NCBI GenBank assembly: GCA_012974475.1
Contig: JAAXQD010000219.1
Location: 1 to 49,900 of the forward strand
Direction of reading: 5' to 3'
Length of the DNA: 49,900 bases
Source: Desulfobacterales bacterium
GTDB lineage: Bacteria > Desulfobacterota > Desulfobacteria > Desulfobacterales > UBA11574
Shown here piece after piece: positions 18,416 to 26,996 of this stretch. The position numbers and the translations under genes were made by a program. Below the pieces are notes generated by a model. That model saw only the letters and a list, made by a program, of their open reading frames with translations, had not been told where the DNA came from and ran no database searches. Within the stretch, counting starts at the first letter, position 1. Every line of letters starts with the position of its first letter.

Positions 18416-19069
18416 TCAATCTCTAAACACGAGCTTCCCGCCGAGAAATCCAGCTGTCACAGCCGCACCAAGCATAACCATGTTAACAAAGAGAAACGCG
18501 ACCAAATGGGTGGAAGTCAGTGATAACACGCCGGGGTCAACAATAGACCATGCGACCAATATCATTGCCGTTAATGATACCACACCACCGCAAATCATCT
18601 TTGTCAGAAACAGGGTTGTCATCGCACCGTTATATTTTTTTTGCCACACAATAACCCCTGAAAAAAGCACCAGCGGCATAGAGAAGACCACAAATATGAG
18701 GTTATAAAATGCGGCCTGACTTAAGCCGGTGAACTTGAAAATAACAGCCAAAAAGATAAACAGAACAGAAACGGGAAGTAAGCCGTTGGGGATATGGACC
18801 GAAATCGGATGGACATGATGCTTGACCATCAGTTGATAAATCCGGTCATATTTTGACAAAGGGTCAAGCGTTGTTCCTGGAGCATCTGCGACGTTTGCTT
18901 CAGTTTCAGGTTCTAAGGGGTCTATTTTTGTTTTTGATTTTTTTTCACCATTTTCTTCAGCAACAATTTCAACAAACTTACTTCGATCAGCGCCACAAAC
19001 CGGGCATATTTCAGGCGGCTCCTCTCCTTCATGAATGTAGCCGCAGACCGTACATCGCCACTTTTTCAC
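18416..19069 (-). CDS. Rubredoxin-domain protein fused to a 4-TM (DUF2231-like) membrane domain
   Basis: GTG start with an AGGAGG SD. N-terminal WRCTVCGYIHEGEEPPEICPVCGADRSKF, followed by hydrophobic helices. Confidence 0.7.
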   Translation of the reverse strand: MKKWRCTVCGYIHEGEEPPEICPVCGADRSKFVEIVAEENGEKKSKTKIDPLEPETEANVADAPGTTLDPLSKYDRIYQLMVKHHVHPISVHIPNGLLPVSVLFIFLAVIFKFTGLSQAAFYNLIFVVFSMPLVLFSGVIVWQKKYNGAMTTLFLTKMICGGVVSLTAMILVAWSIVDPGVLSLTSTHLVAFLFVNMVMLGAAVTAGFLGGKLVFRD

Positions 19070-19219
19070 ATTACCTCCTTTTCATATTCCCGTTCATAAC
19101 CACCGCAACAGGGTATCCATTCAAAATCTACATGCCATTATTCCATTTCCGAGGTAAAAGCTTGGGTGTCAATATTCGTCTTTATTTTCAGAATATTCTT
19201 TAAATTTCAAGATATTAAA

Positions 19220-20398
19220 TCACCTTTCTTCTAAGGGTACAAAGGTGCACTGATCCGGACCGCAGTAATCACCAATATACTCAGAGTCGGGACGATACAG
19301 CACCGGTTTAGCCTCAGCACCGGCAAACTGCTCTTCAATAACATGAGCGGCCCAGCCGGAAATTCTTGCGATGGCAAATATCGGCGTAAAGAGGTCTATC
19401 GGTATCCCCATGTAGTAATACAAAGACGCGCTATAGAAATCGACATTTACAAAAATGTCTCTGCCCTTTCTCTGTTTAAAGGCTTCCTTACCCTTTTTCT
19501 CAAGAATTTTGGACATTTCGTACCATTTTGGTTCTCTGATACGCTCGCCCATTATTTTAGACATGGGTGCAAGGATATGCGCCCGGGGATCATCGGTTTT
19601 GTAGACCGCATGGCCGAGCCCCATGATCTTTCCGCCGGTATCGAGCAAATTGTTCACGTATGCTTCAACTTTGTCGACAGAATCGATATTAAGGAGCATC
19701 TCCATGACACGAGTATTTGCACCACCATGCAATTCACCGGATAAGGAACCGACGCCGGCAGCAATGGCCGAATACATGTGGGCCCTTGTGGATGCCACTT
19801 GTCTCGCCGAAAATGTTGAAGCATTAAAAGAATGTTCTGCATGGAGTACCAGGCAGGTATCAAAAAAACCGGCAAGTTCATCGTCCGGAATTGTTCCGTT
19901 GAGCATATAAAGAAAATTGGCTGCATGGCCTAACTCCGGATCCGGATCAAGAGGTTTTTTATTGTTCCGGATGCGATCCCAGGCCGCAACAATAGTCGGG
20001 AATTTTGCGATCAGCTTTATGCCCATGCGAAGTGCCGCTTCAGGAGAATGCTCTCTGGCGTCAGGATCATGGTGTGCCAGTAAGGCAGTCGATGCCTGAA
20101 GGACATCCATGGGAAGAGCATCTTTGGGTATGGTTCCAAGGGCTGCGATGATTCCAGGCGGGACTGACCGTTCCGATACAAGCTGTTTTTTGAAGTTTTC
20201 AAGTTCTGTTTTTTGAGGCAGGCTTTCATAGAGCAACAGATATGCAACCTCCTCAAATGACACTTTTCCGGCCAAATCCTGAACAAGATATCCTCTGTAG
20301 ATCAATCTTCCGGCTGTACCGTCAACATCACCCACCCGGGTCGTTGCCACTTTAAAACCGCGCAGACCGGTATTTAATATAGGCTGACATGCTTCCAT
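19220..20398 (-). CDS. gltA: Citrate synthase (Si-type citrate/2-methylcitrate synthase family)
   Basis: 392 aa. Contains HAEHSFNAS, GELHGGAN and GLGHAVYKTDDPR catalytic His/Asp motifs. Confidence 0.9.
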   Translation of the reverse strand: MEACQPILNTGLRGFKVATTRVGDVDGTAGRLIYRGYLVQDLAGKVSFEEVAYLLLYESLPQKTELENFKKQLVSERSVPPGIIAALGTIPKDALPMDVLQASTALLAHHDPDAREHSPEAALRMGIKLIAKFPTIVAAWDRIRNNKKPLDPDPELGHAANFLYMLNGTIPDDELAGFFDTCLVLHAEHSFNASTFSARQVASTRAHMYSAIAAGVGSLSGELHGGANTRVMEMLLNIDSVDKVEAYVNNLLDTGGKIMGLGHAVYKTDDPRAHILAPMSKIMGERIREPKWYEMSKILEKKGKEAFKQRKGRDIFVNVDFYSASLYYYMGIPIDLFTPIFAIARISGWAAHVIEEQFAGAEAKPVLYRPDSEYIGDYCGPDQCTFVPLEER

Positions 20399-20486
20399 AA
20401 TTTACCTCCAGTTCTATTTTTTTAAGTTTTCGCGCGGAGCTATAAACATATTGTTTTTATTTACAGCTTAATCTTTAATTTAACAA

Positions 20487-20501
20487 TCAATTTTCGTGCC
20501 A
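20487..20501 (-). promoter_or_regulatory. Weak sigma54-like -24/-12 element upstream of citrate synthase
   Basis: The minus strand reads TGGCACGAAAATTGA. The consensus is TGGCAC-N5-TTGC, so the -12 element is GA instead of GC. It lies about 90 nt upstream of the ATG at 20398. Confidence 0.25.
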
Positions 20502-20811
20502 GGTTTGGGTCCTAATCCAAAATTTCACCATGACATTTCCCGGGGTTTAACCACAAGCAATTGATTGCAGAGTGATAGGCGTCCGTGTTATTTAGAGTTC
20601 AATGATTCTGAAGACCTAGCGAATTGTCGGCTTTCGGCCGGATACTTGCAAAGCAATGAAGCGAAGCATTTTAATAAAATGTATCATTGATGATGGTCTA
20701 TGATACACATATGTCTCACAGATCACCCGTTGCGCGGTTATGAAACTTTGGTTTTAAAAGAAATGTTTGTCTTGAAATCCGTTATAGACCTGCCATGAAA
20801 GGATTGAGTGT

Positions 20812-21642
20812 TTACATAAAATATATCTCAGGTGAAAGGAGGCTTCTTTTGAGTCGTTTTATATGTTCATTTTCCAACCTGTGAACAACCTCCGGCCTAA
20901 CCAAACCCTTCATCAGGTGGCGCATCGTGATACGATCATTCAGAATTTCAAAGAGGTTTTTCATGCGGTTCCGTTGGTCTAATGCGGATATTTTTTCCAT
21001 AACCTTTTCGAAAAACCCGATGGCGTTGATCATTTCATGCAGGAGTCTGTCATAATCCTGTATGGAAAAAGCCCGGTCTTTGGGATGATCTTTTTTAAGT
21101 CGCTTTTTTAAAGGTTTCGAATCGACGATAAAGCTTGGAACTCCGAAGAGATCATAAGAAGATAAAGCCTGTTCCATCAAACTCATTCTCCTAAGCTTTT
21201 TTAAAGCACGGCTTCTCTGGTCCGAGACGACAATCGGATTCTCAAGGCATGGGAACCCAGAAAGAATCGGATTCCGGGTCAGTTCCGGAATAAGACCCTT
21301 TATCTGCTGATATTCCGGAAAAAGCACACAGCTTAGCGGCTTTGAACCATGAACACGGCATCGCTTCTCCAAAAGGAAAAAACAGGGTTTTTTCAGCTTT
21401 ATTAAGACTTTTTTATAGCGGAAATCGAACTCACAGTTCATCAGTCCCAGGTGGCAGTGTCGAGAAAAAAGTCGGGAAACCGGTATATTCAGAACTCGGC
21501 TAAGTTTGATTAAGTCAAAGAGGGTTGCTTCAACGATGACGTCAGCCATCCAGCACCCGGGTGCGCTGCAATCGTTGGGGCAGCGGAGATTGCATTCCAG
21601 ATCTGAAAGATCCGCCTGGTGTTGGAAGTAGTCATCCAGCAT
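20812..21642 (-). CDS. YkgJ/UPF0153-like Cys-rich (zinc/iron-chelating domain) protein
   Basis: I prefer the ATG at 21642, which overlaps the fur-family stop by 11 nt; the track start at 21744 would overlap by 113 nt. It has a Cys cluster CNLRCPNDCSAPGC and the motif KKPCFFLLEKRCRVHGSKPLSCVLFP. Confidence 0.55.
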   Translation of the reverse strand: MLDDYFQHQADLSDLECNLRCPNDCSAPGCWMADVIVEATLFDLIKLSRVLNIPVSRLFSRHCHLGLMNCEFDFRYKKVLIKLKKPCFFLLEKRCRVHGSKPLSCVLFPEYQQIKGLIPELTRNPILSGFPCLENPIVVSDQRSRALKKLRRMSLMEQALSSYDLFGVPSFIVDSKPLKKRLKKDHPKDRAFSIQDYDRLLHEMINAIGFFEKVMEKISALDQRNRMKNLFEILNDRITMRHLMKGLVRPEVVHRLENEHIKRLKRSLLSPEIYFM

Positions 21643-22078
21643 GGTCCGGAGTTGCGTTTTCTGAACATTCGGGACAGAGCCCTTTAAACTCAAGGTTGTG
21701 CCCGATGATTTCAAAAACAGTTGCCCCGTAAAGTTCGTTTTCAAGTTGATTCAAGGGCGCAATCGGTGCATCATCCACCCGGTCACAGTGCACACAACGA
21801 ATATGGTAATGCTTGTTCGTGTCCCAGTCGAAGCGTTTCAAAGAACCGCTGAGTTCCAGTTTTTGGATTTCACCCATCTGGACAAGTACTTCCAGATTTC
21901 GGTAAACCGTTCCAAGACTGATCCGGGGAAGACGATGGCGTACCATTCTATATACTTCGTCAGCACTCGGATGGGTGTGTTGCTTTCGCAGCTCTTCAAG
22001 AATTACTTTGCGCTGCTTGGTCATCCGAATGTTTTTTTTTTGCAGCAAGTTTTTACCTCTAACACGACAAGTTTGCAC
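21632..22078 (-). CDS. Fur-family metalloregulator (Fur/PerR/Zur type undetermined)
   Basis: GTG start at 22078 with a GGAGG SD 6 nt upstream. Contains the winged-helix segment TKQRKVILEEL...HPSADEVY, plus HIRCVHC and CPEC metal-site motifs. Confidence 0.85.
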   Translation of the reverse strand: MQTCRVRGKNLLQKKNIRMTKQRKVILEELRKQHTHPSADEVYRMVRHRLPRISLGTVYRNLEVLVQMGEIQKLELSGSLKRFDWDTNKHYHIRCVHCDRVDDAPIAPLNQLENELYGATVFEIIGHNLEFKGLCPECSENATPDHAG

Positions 22079-22187
22079 TCCGATCCTCCAATGTTCCTAA
22101 GCCGAAAAGACATTTGTGTCAAGCATGAAATGACGTATTCGGATGTCGACCAAAGGCTTAAGTCACAACTTTCGGTATGAATATTGC

Positions 22188-22207
22188 AAAATAAAAAATT
22201 TTATTTT
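22188..22207. promoter_or_regulatory. AT-rich palindrome in the fur-family/nqrA divergent region (candidate operator)
   Basis: AAAATAAAA-AA-TTTTATTTT has 9-bp perfect inverted arms. It ends 38 nt upstream of the nqrA ATG. Confidence 0.3.
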
Positions 22208-22244
22208 ATACTAATTTAAAGCCCTTCAACCCACAGACCGACTT

Positions 22245-23588
22245 ATGATTGAAATCCGCACCCGTAAAGGCTACAATATCAATATCGCCGGCATGCCTTC
22301 TCATGATCTTGAAATTTTGGAGAAGCCCGCGAGAGTGGCGCTTTTGCCGGAAAGAATCCCCTTTGTTAAACCCCGCCTCAAGGTCAAAGTCGATGATCCG
22401 GTTAAAGTGGGTTCCATTGTTTTTGAAGACAAGCGAAATTCTCAACTCGTATTTTTATCACCGGGCGGCGGTAGAATCGCCAAAATCAAATACGGTCCCC
22501 GAAGAGTCATAAAAGAGATCGTCATAGAGTTGGATCAGGATGAGGGCTACAAAGCATTTCCCGTTATCAGCGAAGCCCGGCTTGAAGGCATGGAAAGAAA
22601 AAAGCTGGTTAAAACGATAATGACAGGCGGGCTATGGCCCCTGTTCAGAGAGCTCCCCTTTCGAGATGTTCCAAATCCTGACGTCGTCCCACCATCGGTC
22701 ATTGTCAGTCTCAATTCCAGAGAGCCTTTTCAGCCCGTGCCGGAAGCTTATTTAAACGACAGAATTGATCTGTTTGAATTCGGCATAAAAATTTTACAGA
22801 AACTGTCAGAAACGCTTATAATAAGCACATCTTCGGACGATAGTTTTGTCCAAGACCGCCTAAACGGTTTTGTGACGCACACCTGCAATGGGTTTTATCC
22901 TGCCGACGATCCGGGTGTATTACTGTATCATATCAAAAAAAGTCCGGATGAAAACCGGTCCTGGTATATCAACGGACAGGATGTACTTCTTTTGGCGATG
23001 CTCTTTAAAACCGGAAAATACCCCGTGGATCGAACCCTGGTTTTAGGCGGATCCCTTGCCAGGGAAAGAAAGCATCTTCAGACCAGAATCGGCGTTCCTT
23101 TGAATCATATCACAAAGGGACGTGCAGACGATACCGGAGCAGCCAGATATATTGTCGGGGGAATTTTCAAAGGTTATACCGGTTCAAAAGATTCATATCT
23201 GGGGTTTTATGAGACCTCTCTGGTGTTGATTCCCCAAGGCGATGAAAAAGAGTTTTTTGGGTTTGCCAGACCCGGGTTTGACAAACCCAGCCGGTCCAGG
23301 ACATTTTTATCTTTTTTAAATAAATCGTCTATGGCCATGGATTGCAATTGTCATGGTGAAGTACGGGCTTGTATCAATTGCGGATTCTGTAGCGAGGTCT
23401 GTCCGGTGGATATTTTACCCCAGTTCACATACAAAAGCATACTGGCAGATGAAGTTGAAGAGGCATTAAATCACGGCCTGCTCGATTGTGTGGAATGCTG
23501 TCTGTGCACCTATGTCTGTCCATCGAAGATCGAACTGAAAAATATTCTCAAGGAAACAAAAAAAGCATACTTTTTGGAACAGATGTAA
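22245..23588 (+). CDS. nqrA: Na+-translocating NADH:quinone oxidoreductase subunit A, with RnfC-like 2x[4Fe-4S] motifs
   Basis: The N-terminus (MIEIRTRKGYNINIAGMP...VFEDKRN...SPGGGRI) is NqrA-like. The C-terminus carries CINCGFCSEVCP and CVECCLCTYVCP. It is the first gene of an nqrABCDEF-ordered operon. Confidence 0.85.
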   Translation: MIEIRTRKGYNINIAGMPSHDLEILEKPARVALLPERIPFVKPRLKVKVDDPVKVGSIVFEDKRNSQLVFLSPGGGRIAKIKYGPRRVIKEIVIELDQDEGYKAFPVISEARLEGMERKKLVKTIMTGGLWPLFRELPFRDVPNPDVVPPSVIVSLNSREPFQPVPEAYLNDRIDLFEFGIKILQKLSETLIISTSSDDSFVQDRLNGFVTHTCNGFYPADDPGVLLYHIKKSPDENRSWYINGQDVLLLAMLFKTGKYPVDRTLVLGGSLARERKHLQTRIGVPLNHITKGRADDTGAARYIVGGIFKGYTGSKDSYLGFYETSLVLIPQGDEKEFFGFARPGFDKPSRSRTFLSFLNKSSMAMDCNCHGEVRACINCGFCSEVCPVDILPQFTYKSILADEVEEALNHGLLDCVECCLCTYVCPSKIELKNILKETKKAYFLEQM

Positions 23589-23590
23589 TC

Positions 23591-24784
23591 ATGAAGTTTA
23601 TACAAAAAATTTTCGATTCCAAGCGAAAGCATTTTGTGGAAGGCGGTAGGTTTGAAAAAGTCTATCCTCTTTTTGAGGCCTTCGAAACTTTTTTCTTTAT
23701 TCCGGGCAATGTAACAAAAAACGATGCTCACGTGCGAGACAGCCTTGATCTCAAGCGTCTGATGAGTCTGGTGATCGTGGCCCTGATTCCGCCGCTTTTT
23801 TTCGGCATCTATAACACCGGCTATCAGTCGAATCTGGGCTCCGGACTTCCGGTGACGTTGGTCGCTGTTTTCATCAAGGGGCTCCAAATTGTTCTACCGA
23901 TAATTATGGTATCCTATGGTGTTGGATTTGCATGGGAGGTTTTGTTTGCATCCATTCGAAAACACAACATCAGCGAGGGATTTCTGGTTACCGGTCTCTT
24001 ATTTCCCCTGACACTTCCGCCGACGATTCCCCTCTGGCAGGTTGCCCTGGGCATCTCATTCGGTGTGATCTTTGGTAAAGAGATCTTTGGCGGCACGGGA
24101 AGAAACTTTTTAAACCCCGCATTGACCGGACGGGCGTTTTTATTTTTTGCCTATCCCATGAAAATGACCGGGGATACCGTATGGACGGTGGTTAGCGGTG
24201 TCAATTCCCAGGGTGTGGATATCTTCAGCGGAGCCACACCCCTTGCGGTTTCCGCCGTTCAAGGGACCTCTGCATTTATAGAATCTTTGCTGTCAAAAGC
24301 CGGGTTTACGTTGCCCAAACTCTTTTACGGCTTGTATCCCGGAAGCATCGGGGGGACATCGACGTTCATGTGCCTATTGGGCGCTCTCTTGCTGGCTTTT
24401 ACGGGCATCGCCAGCTACAGGATCATGATCGGCGGTATTCTTGGGGCACTGGTCGCCGCATCTCCGGGATACATTGTGAGCCTTGTATCCGGAAATTCAA
24501 CGGTTCCGATGCTGTCGCTGCCACCGTTTTATCATCTGGTGATGGGTGGATTTGCTTTTGGAATTATCTACATGGCCACCGATCCGGTTTCAGCACCGGG
24601 AATGAACATTTCAAAATGGATATACGGTTTCGCCATTGGTGCGTTGACGGTACTGATACGCATTTTCAATCCGGCATTCCCAGAAGGGATCATGCTGGCG
24701 ATTCTTTTCATGAACCTGTTTTCGCCGCTGTTGGATCATTTTGAAATTCATTTCAGGCTGAAAAAAAGGGTGCCCAATGTCTAA
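23591..24784 (+). CDS. nqrB: Na+-NQR subunit B
   Basis: The ATG at 23591 is 2 nt after the nqrA stop. The protein is polytopic. FSGATPLA is the covalent-FMN threonine motif. Confidence 0.9.
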   Translation: MKFIQKIFDSKRKHFVEGGRFEKVYPLFEAFETFFFIPGNVTKNDAHVRDSLDLKRLMSLVIVALIPPLFFGIYNTGYQSNLGSGLPVTLVAVFIKGLQIVLPIIMVSYGVGFAWEVLFASIRKHNISEGFLVTGLLFPLTLPPTIPLWQVALGISFGVIFGKEIFGGTGRNFLNPALTGRAFLFFAYPMKMTGDTVWTVVSGVNSQGVDIFSGATPLAVSAVQGTSAFIESLLSKAGFTLPKLFYGLYPGSIGGTSTFMCLLGALLLAFTGIASYRIMIGGILGALVAASPGYIVSLVSGNSTVPMLSLPPFYHLVMGGFAFGIIYMATDPVSAPGMNISKWIYGFAIGALTVLIRIFNPAFPEGIMLAILFMNLFSPLLDHFEIHFRLKKRVPNV

Positions 24785-25475
24785 TTATATCAAATCCTTT
24801 TTATTTGCAGCAGTGTTGAGCCTGGTTTGCGGCAGTTTGCTGACTCTGGCATCCACCGGTTTGAAGGAATATCAGCTTGAGAACATTGAACTCGACAAGC
24901 ATAAAAACATATTAAAATCCGTTGGTCTGCTGAATGGCGAAGACGCTGTTTCACAAGAGACCGTTGAACAACTTTATTCCGAGAACATCGGACAGATATG
25001 GATTAATGTTGACGGCAAAATTGTTCCGGAACAACGAAAGGGTAAAAATGATCTGCAAGTCTATCTTTTTTCTCAACAGGGGAAAATACAAGCCTATATC
25101 ATCCCCATTCATTCTCGAGGGCTGTGGGGAAAAATCTCAGGATATATGGCGATAAAAAATGATGGGGCCACCATTTCAGGATTTACCGTTTACAGCCACC
25201 AGGAAACCCCCGGTCTCGGCGGAGAGATTGAGAAAAAATGGTTCCAGAAAAATTTCCAAGGTAAAAAAATTCTGGATGACCAGGGTAATTTTGTCGCCAT
25301 TGCCATTGCCAAAGGATCGGTTAAAGAGCGGATACCTGAAAGCCGTCAGAAAAATTTCGTCGACGGCATCAGCGGCGCTTCCATGACCGGAAAATTTTTA
25401 TCTGCCGGGTTAAAGCAGACATTGACGGAATACGAACCTTTTTCTGAAAGATTCAGAAAAAACGAAATCAAATGA
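24777..25475 (+). CDS. nqrC: Na+-NQR subunit C
   Basis: Overlaps the nqrB stop by 8 nt. It has an N-terminal TM anchor and the flavinylation motif DGISGASMTG. Confidence 0.85.
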   Translation: MSNYIKSFLFAAVLSLVCGSLLTLASTGLKEYQLENIELDKHKNILKSVGLLNGEDAVSQETVEQLYSENIGQIWINVDGKIVPEQRKGKNDLQVYLFSQQGKIQAYIIPIHSRGLWGKISGYMAIKNDGATISGFTVYSHQETPGLGGEIEKKWFQKNFQGKKILDDQGNFVAIAIAKGSVKERIPESRQKNFVDGISGASMTGKFLSAGLKQTLTEYEPFSERFRKNEIK

Positions 25476-26095
25476 AGATAACAAAAACCAAAGCCTTTAA
25501 CGTATTCTTTAAACCCATATGGGAAAGCAATCCGATTTCCGGACAAATCCTGGGAATATGTTCTGCCCTGGCAGTCACCGTTCAACTAAAGACAGCCGTT
25601 GTTATGGGCCTGGCCCTGACCCTTGTTCTGGCTTTTTCGAATCTGTCGATCTCTTTGATGCGCAAGTTTATCCCCAGAAATATTCGTATTATCATCGAAC
25701 TCACCGTCATCGCAACATTGGTGATTCTCACAGATCAGGTTCTGAAAGCATTTCTGTACGACATCAGCAAGCAACTCTCCATTTTCGTGGGGCTTATTAT
25801 CACGAATTGCATTATCCTGGGAAGGGCCGAAACATATGCCCTGGGGAATCCCCCGTTTCTATCCCTGTTGGATGGCATCGGTAACGGTCTTGGTTACAGT
25901 CAAATTCTGATCACGGTGGCGGTGATTCGGGAGTTTTTTGGTGCAGGAAAATTTTTTGGATTTCAGGTGATACCCGATACGTTTTATGCCGCAGGATATG
26001 AAAATATGGGGCTTATGGTTCTGGCGCCGGGTGCGTTTATCGCTATCGGCCTGATCGTTTGGCTTCAAAAGACGGTTTCAAAAGAAAAAACTTAG
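25472..26095 (+). CDS. nqrD: Na+-NQR subunit D
   Basis: ATGA overlap with nqrC. 207 aa with 6 TM. Conserved Cys residues occur in ILGICSALAV and ITNCIILGR. Confidence 0.9.
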   Translation: MKITKTKAFNVFFKPIWESNPISGQILGICSALAVTVQLKTAVVMGLALTLVLAFSNLSISLMRKFIPRNIRIIIELTVIATLVILTDQVLKAFLYDISKQLSIFVGLIITNCIILGRAETYALGNPPFLSLLDGIGNGLGYSQILITVAVIREFFGAGKFFGFQVIPDTFYAAGYENMGLMVLAPGAFIAIGLIVWLQKTVSKEKT

Positions 26096-26113
26096 TTTCG
26101 CTTCACTCGCCAT

Positions 26114-26237
26114 TGGAATAATGGATTCATGGAATGATGGGTTTAAAGGAAAAGGGGATATATACAATACAAATAGATTTATTGGCTATTAACAAATGTG
26201 ATAAATTCTGTTTTTTACCCAATATTCCAATATTCCA
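26114..26237. repeat. Convergent arrays of TGGAATNN-type octamers inside the nqrD-nqrE spacer
   Basis: Plus strand, 26114-26145: TGGAATAA TGGATTCA TGGAATGA TGGGTTTA. Minus strand, 26237-26214: TGGAATAT TGGAATAT TGGGTAAA. The two arrays face each other across 68 nt. Confidence 0.6.
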
Positions 26238-26312
26238 TGGAGATTTCGTCATCGATTGGATTTAAAGATTAAATAAATTTCAAAAAGTTGTAGAAATTCC
26301 AAAACGTAAAAT

Positions 26313-26921
26313 ATGGAAAATCTTGTCAGCATATTTTTAGATTCCGTTTTTGTCGGTAATATCCTTTTGGCGTATTTTCTGGGGATGTGTTCTTTTCTTG
26401 CCATTTCCAGAAAAATGGAAACCGCCATAGGGCTCGGTTTGGCGGTGACGTTTGTGCTTTCCATTACAACACCGGCAAACTGGCTCGTTTATCACTATCT
26501 GCTATCGCCCGGCGCCCTTGCATGGGCGGGTTTCCCGGGAATTGATCTTAGCTTCTTAAAATTTATAATCTTTATCGCCGTTATTGCAGCCATTGTTCAG
26601 GCCCTGGAAATGATCATCGACAGGTATTTACCCCCTTTATACATGGCGCTGGGCGTGTTTCTTCCACTGATTGCCGTGAATTGTGCCATTTTAGGAGCGT
26701 CTTTGTTCATGGTGGAGCGGAATTATAATTTTATAGAATCTGTTGTGTACGGCGCAAGTTCAGGTTTTGGATGGATGCTTGCCATTGTTACCATGGCGGG
26801 AATTCGAAAAAAACTCAGATACGCCAATGTTCCCAAGGGACTTGAAAATTTTGGAATCAGTATGATTATCACCGGCCTTATGGCCATGGCGTTTATGTTG
26901 TTTTCGGGGATTACGCTATAA
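26313..26921 (+). CDS. nqrE: Na+-NQR subunit E
   Basis: 202 aa. Contains [11 protein letters not shown] and [10 protein letters not shown]. It is separated from nqrD by an unusual 217-nt spacer. Confidence 0.9.
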   Translation: MENLVSIFLDSVFVGNILLAYFLGMCSFLAISRKMETAIGLGLAVTFVLSITTPANWLVYHYLLSPGALAWAGFPGIDLSFLKFIIFIAVIAAIVQALEMIIDRYLPPLYMALGVFLPLIAVNCAILGASLFMVERNYNFIESVVYGASSGFGWMLAIVTMAGIRKKLRYANVPKGLENFGISMIITGLMAMAFMLFSGITL

Positions 26922-26996
26922 CATGATAATGGGTTATGGTTAAGGGACAATAGAATTATTTGTGACATCTAGCCACGGACTATTAAGGAATTATCG

